Notes: generated by a model from the letters alone, not told the origin. Shown: positions 36,958 to 46,917, counted from the stretch's first letter. The stretch is DNA of 64,000 nucleotides from Deltaproteobacteria bacterium (GCA_029553375.1 JAKPCH010000069.1:2972-66971), one strand, 5' to 3'. Numbers and translations are program-made.

Positions 36958-37755
36958 ATGCTGATGCTGACCCACACATGGATACTCAAGGCCTTCCTCG
37001 GCCCCGAGCGGCCCCTGGAAGACCACCTCGATCTCGTCGCCTACAATATCTGCCCCGATTTTCTGCCCATCTCCCAGAGCTTCAACTCGTCCATGACCCA
37101 CGGCGTCTCCCGCTTCCGCGCCATCCCCCGGCAATACCGGAAGGCGGCCTTCATCGTCTTTCACCTCATGGTGGACGACCTCTCCCATCACGGCCGGATC
37201 GAGAAGGCCCCCGTCACGGATTTCAATCCCGAGTCGGAGGGGTACAGCTACCTCAAGGGCAGGTCCCTCGTGGAACCCCTCATGGATCTATACAGCGCCC
37301 ACGGTCAGTCCCTGGATTATCCCCGGGCCGTTTACCGTTCCCACATGGTCATCGAGATGACCTTCGACCTCTCCCTCTACCAGGCCCTGAAAGAAGAGAG
37401 CGAGAGGCTGGTCCTTATCATGTGCCGTTCCCTCCAGGAGATGTCGGGGGCGGCGCTGGAAGAATTCGGGGAGACGGTGGGTTGGTTTTACGGCGTGGAA
37501 CCCGAGGCGGTGAGAGAGGCCGTGCTCCTCTGTGCCGAAAGGTACACCCTGGACCGCATCAACCGTTTCATGAGCCTGCCGGGTCGCATCACCCTCTTCG
37601 CCGACAAGTTCGGCCTCGAGTCGTCACGAACGACGGCCTATGACGGCTTAAGGGGCATTATGTTGCGGGGGATGGATCTGGTGAAGGACTACGGGGATTT
37701 TCTCGACCCGACCCTCCGCGAGATACGGAGGGCCGGTTTTGCTCCGACCTTTTGA
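36958..37755 (+). CDS. Hypothetical protein (265 aa), no recognised family
   Basis: Clean ORF with protein-like composition, starting 24 nt after the preceding gene. His-rich segments are present (MTHGVS, FHLMVDDLSHHG), but I cannot assign a fold. Confidence 0.6.
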   Translation: MLMLTHTWILKAFLGPERPLEDHLDLVAYNICPDFLPISQSFNSSMTHGVSRFRAIPRQYRKAAFIVFHLMVDDLSHHGRIEKAPVTDFNPESEGYSYLKGRSLVEPLMDLYSAHGQSLDYPRAVYRSHMVIEMTFDLSLYQALKEESERLVLIMCRSLQEMSGAALEEFGETVGWFYGVEPEAVREAVLLCAERYTLDRINRFMSLPGRITLFADKFGLESSRTTAYDGLRGIMLRGMDLVKDYGDFLDPTLREIRRAGFAPTF

Positions 37756-37756
37756 C

Positions 37757-37954
37757 CTAAACGGCCTTCTTTACCATCCCGGACCGCAGACAGCGTGTAC
37801 AGACCTTGATCCTCTTGACGGCGCCCGTCTTCTCGTTGATGGAACGCACCCGTTGCAGATTGGGGTACCAGACCCTTTTGGTCTTGTTGTTGGCGTGGCT
37901 CACGTTGTGACCCACCACCGGTTTCTTGCCGCATATCTCGCATACCCTTGACAT
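37757..37954 (-). CDS. rpmB: 50S ribosomal protein L28
   Basis: [34 protein letters not shown] is the canonical L28 N-terminus. Confidence 0.95.
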   Translation of the reverse strand: MSRVCEICGKKPVVGHNVSHANNKTKRVWYPNLQRVRSINEKTGAVKRIKVCTRCLRSGMVKKAV

Positions 37955-38036
37955 CTTCTCTTCGCCTCCTTGAGAATGGTGGCCTTGCTACATCATGCCC
38001 GCCGTGATTGCAAGCTTTTTTTCTGCGCGGGGGGCT

Positions 38037-39347
38037 TCAGTTCTTCATGGAAAGGGGTTGGCCCGTCGCCTCGATCACCCGCATCCAGATGTTGCCCTGG
38101 GGATCCACCGGTTTGCCCGAGGTGACGAGGCGCAGAGGGAGGTGGACGTACTCGCCCTTGAAGAGCCCCACAAGCATCCCCGTCTTGCCGGCCATGCCCG
38201 CGTGGACGGCATATTGACCCAGGGCGCCGCAATATATGCTGTCGCTCGCCGTGGCCGGGACACTGCGTATCATGTAGCTGGGGTCGACGTACTTCAGATT
38301 GATCTCGATGCCGACGCGGCGGAAATAGTTCTCGATGGCGTCCCGGAGGTAGAGGCCGATGTCCATCAGTTTCAGGTTGCCCGAGGCGTCCGTCTCGATG
38401 ACCTCGTCACGGCGGTGGAAGAATTCCTGGCCCGCCCCCTCGGCCACGAGGATCACACAGTGCTGCCTTTCCCGGAGTCGCTTTTCCAAGGCCCTCAGGA
38501 AACCATTCTCCCCCTCCAGGTCGAAGGGCACCTCGGGGATGAGGACGAAATTGGCGTCGTTCTGGGCCAAGGCGGCGTGAACGGCGATATGGCCCGATTG
38601 GCGACCCATGAGCTTGACCAGCCCGATCCCCATGGGCGCCCCCTTGGCCTCGACATGGGCGCACTGAAGGGCCTTGACGGCCTCGGAGATGGCCGTGTCG
38701 AAACCGAAGGTTTTATCAACGAGGTTCAGGTCGTTGTCGATGGTCTTGGGGATGCCGATGACGCTGATGTTGAGTTTCCTCGCCGTGATCTCCTCCGTGA
38801 TGGCCTCGGCGGCCCGCATGGTCCCGTCGCCGCCTATACAGAAGAAGATATCGATATTCATCCGTTTCAGGACGTCCACCATCTCCTTGACGTCCTGCCT
38901 GCCCCGGGAACTGGAGAGAACGCTCCCGCCCACGGTGTGTATATCCTTCACCAATTCCGGGGTCAGTTCCACGACCTCATGGCGGTACTTGGGTATGAGC
39001 CCCCTAAACCCGTAGCGGATGCCGACGATGTTGGTCACGCCGTAGCGGTGATAAAGCTCCATCACGATGGCCCTGATCACGTCGTTGATCCCCGGGCAGA
39101 GACCTCCGCAGGTGACGATGGCGGCCTTGGTCTTGTACGGGTCGAAGAAGATCATCCGCCGCGGCCCCGCCAGCTCTATGGACAGGGGACGGCCGTCGGC
39201 GCCGCAGACATCGTCGAAATGCTTGACATCGTTGTTGAAGAGGATCCGTTCGCTGTCGGAAACGAAGGAGCTGACCGTGACGGGGGAGGGGATCGTCGGT
39301 TCCCCGAGACTCAGGATCCTCAAATCGTCGGCCTCGAGGTCCATCAT
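38037..39347 (-). CDS. pfkA: ATP-dependent 6-phosphofructokinase (long, group III-like)
   Basis: ORF 38037..39527 trimmed to ATG 39347. Motifs: TCGGLCPGINDVIR, CIGGDGT (GGDG rather than GGDD argues for ATP over PPi), PKTIDND and LMGR. Confidence 0.9.
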   Translation of the reverse strand: MMDLEADDLRILSLGEPTIPSPVTVSSFVSDSERILFNNDVKHFDDVCGADGRPLSIELAGPRRMIFFDPYKTKAAIVTCGGLCPGINDVIRAIVMELYHRYGVTNIVGIRYGFRGLIPKYRHEVVELTPELVKDIHTVGGSVLSSSRGRQDVKEMVDVLKRMNIDIFFCIGGDGTMRAAEAITEEITARKLNISVIGIPKTIDNDLNLVDKTFGFDTAISEAVKALQCAHVEAKGAPMGIGLVKLMGRQSGHIAVHAALAQNDANFVLIPEVPFDLEGENGFLRALEKRLRERQHCVILVAEGAGQEFFHRRDEVIETDASGNLKLMDIGLYLRDAIENYFRRVGIEINLKYVDPSYMIRSVPATASDSIYCGALGQYAVHAGMAGKTGMLVGLFKGEYVHLPLRLVTSGKPVDPQGNIWMRVIEATGQPLSMKN

Positions 39348-39348
39348 T

Positions 39349-40014
39349 TCACCTCTCTTCCAAGGGAGGGTTGAAAAGGACGACGGGCTTAGGCTGTTCG
39401 ACACCACGGATACGGACCTGTCTCCCCCGCACCTCGATGCGCCCCTCGGCGAACCACTGTATGGCCTGGGGGTAGATCTTGTGTTCCTCCCTGAGTATCC
39501 GCGCGGCGAGGGTGTCCTCCGTGTCATCGGGCAGGATGGGCACCACGGCCTGGATGATGACGGGTCCCGTGTCCACGCCCTCGTCGGCGAAATGGACCGT
39601 GCACCCCGAGAACTTGGCCCCGTATTCCACGGCCTTTTTCTGAACGTGCAGGCCCGGGAAGGCGGGCAGAAGGGCGGGGTGGATGTTCATGATCCTCATG
39701 GGGTAGGCCTTCAGGAAAAAGGGACTCAGAAGTCTCATGAAACCCGCCATGACCACCAGTTCCACCCCCTTGCCCTTGAGGACCTCCACCATGGCCCGAT
39801 CGCACGATTCCCGATCGGGGTGATCCTCCTGCCTGATGACCACCGCCTCGATGCCGTGGTTGCGGCACCTCGTGAGGGCGTAGGCCTCGGGGTTGTTGCT
39901 GATGACGATCCTGATCCGGGCGTCGAGGCGGCCCTTCTCGATATTGTCGATGATGGATTGAAGGTTGGAACCGCTGCCCGAGACCAGGACCCCGATGTCG
40001 ATCTTCGCTGTCAT
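39349..40014 (-). CDS. purN: Phosphoribosylglycinamide formyltransferase
   Basis: [17 protein letters not shown] is present, and [12 protein letters not shown] carries the catalytic His and Asp region. Confidence 0.9.
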   Translation of the reverse strand: MTAKIDIGVLVSGSGSNLQSIIDNIEKGRLDARIRIVISNNPEAYALTRCRNHGIEAVVIRQEDHPDRESCDRAMVEVLKGKGVELVVMAGFMRLLSPFFLKAYPMRIMNIHPALLPAFPGLHVQKKAVEYGAKFSGCTVHFADEGVDTGPVIIQAVVPILPDDTEDTLAARILREEHKIYPQAIQWFAEGRIEVRGRQVRIRGVEQPKPVVLFNPPLEER

Positions 40015-40017
40015 GAT

Positions 40018-41070
40018 TCACACGAACTTGACGACCGGCTCCCCGGTCTCCCTCTTGACGATCGAACCGATGCAGAAGGCCCTCTCGCCCATCTTCTCGA
40101 GCCTCGCCACCACCTCTTGGGCCTCCTCCTTCGGGACGACGGCCATCATGCCGACGCCCATGTTGAAAACCCTCATCATTTCCCCCTCATCGACGGGACC
40201 GAGGCGGCGGATCAGGTCGAAAATGGGGGGCACGGGCCAGCTTCCCTTTTCTATCAAGGCCTGGCACGGTTCCGGGACGATCCGGGGGATGTTGTCCAGA
40301 AACCCCCCGCCGGTGATGTGCACGATGCCTTTCACGTTGAAATTCTTGAGGATATTGAGCATGGAACGGACGTAGATCCGTGTCGGGGTCAAAAGGGCCT
40401 CGCCCAGGGTCGTCCCGAGATCTTCCATATAATCGGACACGGTGAAACCCCCGATCTCGAAAAAGACCTTGCGGGCCAGGGAAAAACCGTTGCTGTGGAG
40501 GCCGCTGGAGGCGAGACCCACGATCCGGTCGCCGACGCGGATCTCGGAACCGTCCACGAGGCGGTGATAGTCGACGACGCCCACGCAAAAACCGGCGAGG
40601 TCGTATTCCTCATCGTCGTAAAAACCGGGCATCTCCGCCAATTCCCCCCCCAGGAGGGCGCATCCCGCCTCCTGACACCCTTTGACGATCCCTTCTATGA
40701 GTTGGATGCTCGTTTCCAGACCGATCCTGCCCGTCGCTATGTAATCGAGGAAGAAAAGGGGTTCCGCCCCCTGGACCACCACGTCGTTGACGTTCATCGC
40801 CACCAGATCGATTCCCACCGTGTCGTGACGATTCATCATGCGGGCGATCATGAGCTTGGTCCCCACGCCGTCCGTCGAGGCCACCAGAACGGGGGCGGGC
40901 GTTTTCTTGAGATCGAGGTGAAACAGGCCTCCGAAACCGCCGATGGTCCCCATGACCTCCTTGCGGGCCGTCAATTTCACGAGGGGTTTTATCTTCTCCA
41001 CGAAGAGGTTGGCCCGGTCGATATCGACGCCCGCTAGCCGGTAAGTCGTCTTTTCCAAGGATCCCCCCAT
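40018..41070 (-). CDS. purM: Phosphoribosylformylglycinamidine cyclo-ligase (AIR synthetase)
   Basis: ORF 40018..41130 trimmed to ATG 41070 (MGGSLEKTTYRLAGVDID). Motifs: GGFGGLF, STDGVGTK and HITGGG. Confidence 0.9.
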   Translation of the reverse strand: MGGSLEKTTYRLAGVDIDRANLFVEKIKPLVKLTARKEVMGTIGGFGGLFHLDLKKTPAPVLVASTDGVGTKLMIARMMNRHDTVGIDLVAMNVNDVVVQGAEPLFFLDYIATGRIGLETSIQLIEGIVKGCQEAGCALLGGELAEMPGFYDDEEYDLAGFCVGVVDYHRLVDGSEIRVGDRIVGLASSGLHSNGFSLARKVFFEIGGFTVSDYMEDLGTTLGEALLTPTRIYVRSMLNILKNFNVKGIVHITGGGFLDNIPRIVPEPCQALIEKGSWPVPPIFDLIRRLGPVDEGEMMRVFNMGVGMMAVVPKEEAQEVVARLEKMGERAFCIGSIVKRETGEPVVKFV

Positions 41071-41092
41071 TTTTATGCCGTGTGATGAGGAA

Positions 41093-41121
41093 TTTTTAGA
41101 AGAAACTCCTCGAAAAGTCAA
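41093..41121 (-). promoter_or_regulatory. Sigma70-like promoter candidate for purM-purN-pfkA
   Basis: On the minus strand: TTGACT (41121-41116), a 17-nt spacer and TAAAAA (41098-41093), in an AT-rich stretch. The -10 element lies 23 nt before the preferred purM ATG. Confidence 0.45.
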
Positions 41122-41166
41122 ATATGACATTGTCAGCGCCTTTTTTTTCTGTTAACCCAGGACGGG

Positions 41167-43605
41167 ATGCAGAAAATAGACGATATCATAAATAAATTGG
41201 AGAAACCCCTCCTCTTTTCTTCCAAGGAGAATTTTCGTTTCCTCAAAGCCGTCTCCCATCTCGAACCGGCCTTAGGGGCCCTCGTTAACGGCCTCGGTGA
41301 GGCCCTGGGGGAAAAAGGTGCTCCCGCCCTCGAGGCCGCAGAGATTCTGGCCGATCTGAGAAAGACCGTCAGCAGCCTGGACGGTCTCGGACTGGAGGAG
41401 AAAAAGGTGAGGATACAGAAGGCCCTTTCCCTTCTTTCCTCCCTCCGGGGGGCCTTGCGGGGGGCGAACATCTCCGCCGACGGGTCGGCGGCCGCCAGGG
41501 CTCGCTTGGAGAGGCTCAAGGTCCCGGCCCAGTTCGTTAAGGGCATAGGGCCCAGGATCGCCGGCATCCTCGCCCGTCAGGGCATCCATACTGTGGAGGA
41601 CCTCCTCTATTTCCTGCCTCGAACCTACGAAGACCGAAGAAAAATAAGCCCGATCGCCCGGACGGAAGGGGGGCGGCGGGAGACGGTGATGGGGGAGGTC
41701 GTCCGCTCGGGTTTGCAGCGTTACGGTATTCGCCGCTGTTTCGAGGCGGTGGTCCGCGATGCCTCCGGATATCTTAAGGCCGTCTGGTTCCAGGGCAACC
41801 CCCTCTACCTCGCCAAGTCCTTGAAGGAAGGGTCCCGCGTGATCCTGACGGGTGAGGTCCGCTACCATCTCGGCCGGCCGGGTATGGTGCACCCCGATTT
41901 CGAGACCGTGGACGAAAGGGAGGAGGACGCCTCCCTCCACTTCCAGCGGATCGTCCCCATCTACACGGAGGCGGGAGGCCTTCACCAGAAAAACCTGCGG
42001 CGGATCATGCACCGCGCGGTGGAGGACTACGCCCCCCTTATCCCCGACGCGTTACCGCCGTCATTGACGAAAAAAAGGGGCCTTGCGCCCCTCGTCGAAA
42101 GCGTCAGGTCATGCCACTTCCCAGGTCCCGAAGAGGACCCCATGACCCTTATGGCCCGTAAGTCCAAGTGGCACCGTCGGCTCTGCTACGAAGAGTTCTT
42201 CTATTTCAGCCTGGGCCTGGCCCTCAAGAGGAGCCGCAACCGCCTCGAGGAGGGCATAGTCTTTCCCACAGACGGCCCCCTGCGCCGGGCCTTTCTCGAC
42301 ATCCTCCCCTTCACCCTCACGGCGGCCCAGAGACGGGTCATCGGGGAAATCGACAGGGACATGGCCAGCCCCTTCCCGATGAACCGTCTCCTCCAGGGCG
42401 ACGTGGGGAGCGGCAAGACCATCGTCGCCATGGCGGCGGCGGTGGCGGCCTGCGACGGGGGTTACCAGGCGGCCTTTATGGCCCCCACGGAGATCCTGGC
42501 CCAGCAACACTACCGCAACCTCCTGGCCTGGTCCGAGGCCCTGTCCATCCCCATCGCCCTCCTCACGGGCAGCGTCAAGGGCCGGCAGAGAAAGGCCGTC
42601 CTTACAGGCATCGAGGGGGGGGAGATCCTCATCACCGTCGGCACCCACGCCCTGATCCAGGAGGATGTCCGCTTCCGACGCCTCGGCCTGGCGGTCATAG
42701 ACGAGCAACACCGTTTCGGGGTCCTCCAGCGCGCCTCCCTCCGCGCCAAGGGTTACTCTCCCGACATCCTCGTCATGACGGCGACGCCTATCCCCCGCAC
42801 CATGGCCCTGACGGTCTACGGGGATCTGGACCTCTCCGTGATCGACGAGATGCCCCCCGGCAAGAAGCCCGTCAAGACCATGGTCTTCTTCGAGGCCCAG
42901 AGGGGAAAGGTCTATGACATCATCGCCTCGGAACTGGCCAAGGGACACCAAGCCTTCATCGTCTATCCCCTCGTGGAGGAGTCGGAGATCCTCGATCTCA
43001 AAGACGCCACCCGCATGGCCGAGCATCTCGCCCGCGACGTCTTCCCCCGGGCCAGAGTCGGCCTCGTCCACGGGCGGATGAAGAGCCGCCAAAAGGAAGA
43101 GGCCATGGCGGCCTTTCGGGAAGGGAACCTGGACATCCTCGTGGCGACGACGGTGATCGAGGTGGGCATCGACATCCCCCGGGCGTCTCTCATGGTGATC
43201 GAACACGCGGAACGTTTCGGCCTCTCCCAGCTGCACCAGCTCCGGGGCAGGGTAGGGCGGGGGGAGATCTCCTCCACCTGCGTCCTCCTCGCCCACGGGA
43301 AGGCCACCCCGGAGGCGCGCCGCCGCCTTCGGGTCATGGCGGAGACGAACGACGGCTTCCGTATCGCCGAGGAGGACCTGGCCATCCGGGGGCCGGGGGA
43401 GTTCATGGGGACCAAACAGTGGGGGATGCCCGATTTCCGTGTCGCCGACTTGATCAGGGACGCCGCGGTCTTCCACGCGGCCCGGGAGGACGCCTTCGCC
43501 CTGGCCCGGGAGGACCCGGGACTGGACAAGGCACAGCATCGGGCCTTGCGGGAGATACTCCTCCATCGGTGGTCGGGCCGCCTGGCCCTGGCGAAGGTGG
43601 GTTAA
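41167..43605 (+). CDS. recG: ATP-dependent DNA helicase RecG (with roughly 130-aa N-terminal extension)
   Basis: 812 aa with motifs GDVGSGKT, DEQHRFG, TATPIPRT and QLRGRVGRG. The wedge-domain region lies upstream of these. N-terminal extensions are known in some RecG proteins. Confidence 0.9.
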   Translation: MQKIDDIINKLEKPLLFSSKENFRFLKAVSHLEPALGALVNGLGEALGEKGAPALEAAEILADLRKTVSSLDGLGLEEKKVRIQKALSLLSSLRGALRGANISADGSAAARARLERLKVPAQFVKGIGPRIAGILARQGIHTVEDLLYFLPRTYEDRRKISPIARTEGGRRETVMGEVVRSGLQRYGIRRCFEAVVRDASGYLKAVWFQGNPLYLAKSLKEGSRVILTGEVRYHLGRPGMVHPDFETVDEREEDASLHFQRIVPIYTEAGGLHQKNLRRIMHRAVEDYAPLIPDALPPSLTKKRGLAPLVESVRSCHFPGPEEDPMTLMARKSKWHRRLCYEEFFYFSLGLALKRSRNRLEEGIVFPTDGPLRRAFLDILPFTLTAAQRRVIGEIDRDMASPFPMNRLLQGDVGSGKTIVAMAAAVAACDGGYQAAFMAPTEILAQQHYRNLLAWSEALSIPIALLTGSVKGRQRKAVLTGIEGGEILITVGTHALIQEDVRFRRLGLAVIDEQHRFGVLQRASLRAKGYSPDILVMTATPIPRTMALTVYGDLDLSVIDEMPPGKKPVKTMVFFEAQRGKVYDIIASELAKGHQAFIVYPLVEESEILDLKDATRMAEHLARDVFPRARVGLVHGRMKSRQKEEAMAAFREGNLDILVATTVIEVGIDIPRASLMVIEHAERFGLSQLHQLRGRVGRGEISSTCVLLAHGKATPEARRRLRVMAETNDGFRIAEEDLAIRGPGEFMGTKQWGMPDFRVADLIRDAAVFHAAREDAFALAREDPGLDKAQHRALREILLHRWSGRLALAKVG

Positions 43606-43686
43606 CGGGCGGTTTTTGCTTTGACAAAGGGGATCTTCTGTTATAGACGGACTCGGCGTCCCTGAGTGGATGAGGCGAGGTGGCTT

Positions 43687-44997
43687 ATGAGGACCATAGG
43701 ACTGGGCTTGATCGGTTTCGGAACGGTGGGGACGGGGGTGGTGCGCCTCCTGAAGGAATACGGTACCCTCATCGAGAAACGCCTCGGCGCCCCCCTGGTC
43801 TTGAAGAGGATCGCCGATGCGGACACGAAGAGAAAAAGACCCGTACGGGTCCCGCCGGGGATTCTGACGTCCGACGTCTCGGCGATCATGAACGACCCGG
43901 ACATCGATATCGTCATCGAACTGGTGGGCGGTTACGAACCGGCCCGTTCCTTCATCCTCGAGGCCATCGGCCGGGGCAAGCACGTGGTGACGGCCAACAA
44001 GGCCCTCCTGGCCACCTACGGGGACGAGATCTTCCGGGCGGCCCAAGAGTCGCGGGTAGATGTCGGTTTCGAGGCGAGCGTCGGTGGGACCATCCCCATC
44101 ATCAAGACCCTCAAGGAGGCCTTGGTGGCCAACGAGATAAACTCGATCATGGCCATCATGAACGGGACGTGCAACTACATCCTGACGAAGATGACCGACG
44201 AGGGCAAGCCCTTCGAAACGGTCCTGAAGGAGGCCCAGCGTCTCGGTTTCGCCGAGGCGGACCCGACCTTCGACATCGAGGGGATCGACACGGCCCACAA
44301 GCTGGCCATCACCCTCTCCCTCGCCTACGGGAAAAGGGTGCGGATCGACGACGTCTACCGGGAGGGGATCGCCGGCATCAGCCAACAGGACATCGAGTTT
44401 GCCGGGGAGTTCGGCTACCGGATCAAGCTCCTGGCCCTGGCCTTCAAGAGGGGCGACAGGGTGGAGGCACGCATCCACCCCACCATGATCCCCCGCGATC
44501 ACCTCCTGGCCAACGTCGATAGCAACTTCAACGCCTTCCACATTACGGGCAGCGCCTCGGGGCCTGTCTTCCTCTACGGTCAGGGGGCGGGATCCATACC
44601 CACGGCCAGCGCCGTAGTGAGCGACATCGTGGACATCGCCAGGGAGATCCTGAAGGGCGTCACGGGGAGGGTGCCGTACCGCTCCCTGGGGGAGGACGAA
44701 CTCGGTGACATCGATCTCGTTCCCTTCGAAGACGTCGAGACCAATTACTATTTCCGCTTCATGGCCGCGGACCGGGCGGGCGTCCTCTCCAAGATCTCCG
44801 GGATCCTGGGGGACAAGAACATCAGTATCGCCGCCGTCATCCAGAAGGGGAGGAAAAAGATGGGGGCCGTACCCGTCGTCATGACGACCCACAAGGCCAA
44901 GGAGAGGGCCGTCCGGGAGGCCTTGACGGAGATCGACCGTCTGGATGTGGTCCAGGCCAAGACGATCCTTATCCGCATCGAAGACGAGAGGCTTTAG
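43687..44997 (+). CDS. hom: Homoserine dehydrogenase (with C-terminal ACT domain)
   Basis: The ORF starts at GTG 43666; I prefer ATG 43687 (MRTIGLGLIGFGTVGTG is the NAD-binding fingerprint). ANKALLA is present. The ACT-like C-terminus begins YYFRFMAADRAGVLSKISGILG. Confidence 0.9.
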   Translation: MRTIGLGLIGFGTVGTGVVRLLKEYGTLIEKRLGAPLVLKRIADADTKRKRPVRVPPGILTSDVSAIMNDPDIDIVIELVGGYEPARSFILEAIGRGKHVVTANKALLATYGDEIFRAAQESRVDVGFEASVGGTIPIIKTLKEALVANEINSIMAIMNGTCNYILTKMTDEGKPFETVLKEAQRLGFAEADPTFDIEGIDTAHKLAITLSLAYGKRVRIDDVYREGIAGISQQDIEFAGEFGYRIKLLALAFKRGDRVEARIHPTMIPRDHLLANVDSNFNAFHITGSASGPVFLYGQGAGSIPTASAVVSDIVDIAREILKGVTGRVPYRSLGEDELGDIDLVPFEDVETNYYFRFMAADRAGVLSKISGILGDKNISIAAVIQKGRKKMGAVPVVMTTHKAKERAVREALTEIDRLDVVQAKTILIRIEDERL

Positions 44998-45000
44998 GCC

Positions 45001-46224
45001 ATGAAATACATCATCCTTCTTGGAGACGGCATGGCGGATTACCCCCTCGAGGCCCTCGGGGGGCGGACCCCCCTCGAGGCGGCGCGGACACCCAACATGG
45101 ATCGTATCGCCGCCGAGGGGACCGTCGGCCTCGTCGACACCATCCCGGCGGGTTTCAAGCCGGGGAGCGACGTGGCCAACCTGACCGTCCTCGGGTACGA
45201 TCCCGCCTCATGTTACACCGGTCGGGGTCCCCTCGAGGCGGCCAACATGGGGGTGAGCCTGGGGCCCGGGGACGTGGCCTTCCGTTGCAACCTCGTCACC
45301 TTGGGCGACGGTGAGGACCCGGTCATGGAAGACTTCACGGCCGGCCACATCACCACCGGCGAGGCCCGTCTCATCGTGGAGGATCTCCAGAAGGCCATGG
45401 GTAACGAAGTTTATCAGTTCTACCCCGGCGTGAGCTACCGCCATCTCTTCGTGTGGCGGGACGGTCGCGAAGGCATGGAGGCCACGCCGCCCCACGATAT
45501 CACCGGTCGCCCCACCAAGGCCTATCTGCCCCGGGGGGACGGGGCGGGCTTCATCCTCCGGGTGATGGAGGAGGCGAAGGGTCACCTGAGGGCTCACCCC
45601 GTGAATCTGGCCCGCCTGGAGAAAGGCAAAAGGCCCGCCAACGCCATCTGGTTGTGGGGGCAGGGAAGGGCGCCGAGGATGAAGACCATCGAAGAGCGGT
45701 TCGGCCTCAAGGGGGCCGTGATCTCCGCCGTCGATCTCCTCAACGGCATCGGCGTCTACGCCGGTCTAAGCCCTATCCGCGTCCCCGGCGCCACGGGGTA
45801 CATCGACACGAACTATGTCGGCAAGGCCGAAGGGGCCTTGGCCGCCCTCAAGGAGGTGGATCTCGTCTTCGTCCACGTGGAGGCCCCGGACGAGATGGGC
45901 CACGAGGGGAACCTGGAAGGCAAGATCAAGGCCATCGAGGACTTCGACGAGAAGGTGGTGGGGACCGTCCTCGGGGCCCTGCCCACCCTGGGTCCCGCCC
46001 GTCTGATGGTCCTCAGCGACCATCCCACGCCCATCAGCGTCCGTACCCACACAGGTGAGGCGAGCCCCTTTGCCGTTTTTTCCACCGTTGCCGGGGAGAA
46101 CATGGCCCAGGGCCTCACTTACGGCGAAAAGGCCGGCCGGGAATCGGGCATCGTCGTCTCCCCGGGGTGGCGTCTCATGGAGCTCTTCGTGGGCGACTGG
46201 AAGAACGGGATCCGATCCCTTTAG
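45001..46224 (+). CDS. Cofactor-independent phosphoglycerate mutase-like protein (archaeal ApgM / alkaline-phosphatase superfamily); possible alternative homoserine kinase
   Basis: 407 aa with MKYIILLGDGMADYP, TPNMDRIA, the metal-site motif VHVEAPDEMGHEG and LSDHPTP. It starts 3 nt after the hom stop. Confidence 0.85.
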   Translation: MKYIILLGDGMADYPLEALGGRTPLEAARTPNMDRIAAEGTVGLVDTIPAGFKPGSDVANLTVLGYDPASCYTGRGPLEAANMGVSLGPGDVAFRCNLVTLGDGEDPVMEDFTAGHITTGEARLIVEDLQKAMGNEVYQFYPGVSYRHLFVWRDGREGMEATPPHDITGRPTKAYLPRGDGAGFILRVMEEAKGHLRAHPVNLARLEKGKRPANAIWLWGQGRAPRMKTIEERFGLKGAVISAVDLLNGIGVYAGLSPIRVPGATGYIDTNYVGKAEGALAALKEVDLVFVHVEAPDEMGHEGNLEGKIKAIEDFDEKVVGTVLGALPTLGPARLMVLSDHPTPISVRTHTGEASPFAVFSTVAGENMAQGLTYGEKAGRESGIVVSPGWRLMELFVGDWKNGIRSL

Positions 46225-46239
46225 AGAGGTTTCGTCTCC

Positions 46240-46917
46240 ATGGCCAAAATACCCAAACAGGAACTGAAAGAGCCGGACAAACTGCAGGTCCTCTTCCTCA
46301 AGACCCTCGACTTCGTTAAGGAGCGACGCCGAGAGTTCATCATCGGCGCCACGGCCTTCCTCGTCGTCGTCATCGCCGTGACGGCCTGGTTTTTCTATCG
46401 GCACTACGAGGAAGGGCAGGCCACGGCCCTGTACAACGGGGCGGTCGGCAAGCTGATGAGGGCCCGTGTCATGGGTCAGGAAACGAAGGCCCACATCGGC
46501 GCCTTCGAGGAGGTCGTCAAGAAACACCCGGGCACCCATGCCGCCGCCCTGGCCCGCTACCGCCTCGGCAACCTCTACCTCGAGGCGGGGGAGACCGACA
46601 AGGCCATGGCCGCTTACAGGTCCTATCTCCAGTCTTCCGCGGGGGACGACGAGATCACCTTCCTCGTCCATACGGGTCTGGTCTATTGCCTGGAGATGAA
46701 GAAGGACTACAAGGCGGCCCTCGAGGAACAGGAAAAGGCCCTCCGCCTCCGGGCGGGCAAGGCCTTCGAGGGGATCGGCTTTAGCAACATGGGCCGCCTC
46801 CACGAGCTGATGAAAGACCGGCCAAAGGCCCTGGAATACTACCGCAAGGCCCTCGAGAGGGTCGTCGACCCCAACATGAAGGAATTCCTCCAGCGAAAGA
46901 TAGCGAGCCTCGCCTGA
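46240..46917 (+). CDS. Membrane-anchored TPR-repeat protein (YfgM-like architecture)
   Basis: A single N-terminal TM helix (FIIGATAFLVVVIAVTAWFFY) is followed by TPR-like repeats (ARYRLGNLYLEAGETDKAMAAYRSYL, MGRLHELMKDRPKALEYYRKAL). Confidence 0.7.
   Translation: MAKIPKQELKEPDKLQVLFLKTLDFVKERRREFIIGATAFLVVVIAVTAWFFYRHYEEGQATALYNGAVGKLMRARVMGQETKAHIGAFEEVVKKHPGTHAAALARYRLGNLYLEAGETDKAMAAYRSYLQSSAGDDEITFLVHTGLVYCLEMKKDYKAALEEQEKALRLRAGKAFEGIGFSNMGRLHELMKDRPKALEYYRKALERVVDPNMKEFLQRKIASLA

Noticed and set aside
39067-41037. 656-aa plus-strand ORF opposite pfkA, purN and purM
   Set aside because: It is antisense to three well-supported genes and has no motifs. The same applies to 1443..2840, 5170..6750, 51452..53194, 54751..56196 and similar entries in the ORF track.
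42109-44892. 927-aa minus-strand ORF spanning recG and hom
   Set aside because: It lies antisense to two genes with unmistakable helicase and dehydrogenase motifs. Its translation is Gly/Arg/Pro/Asp/His-rich low-complexity sequence. This is typical of stop-codon-poor antisense frames in GC-rich DNA.
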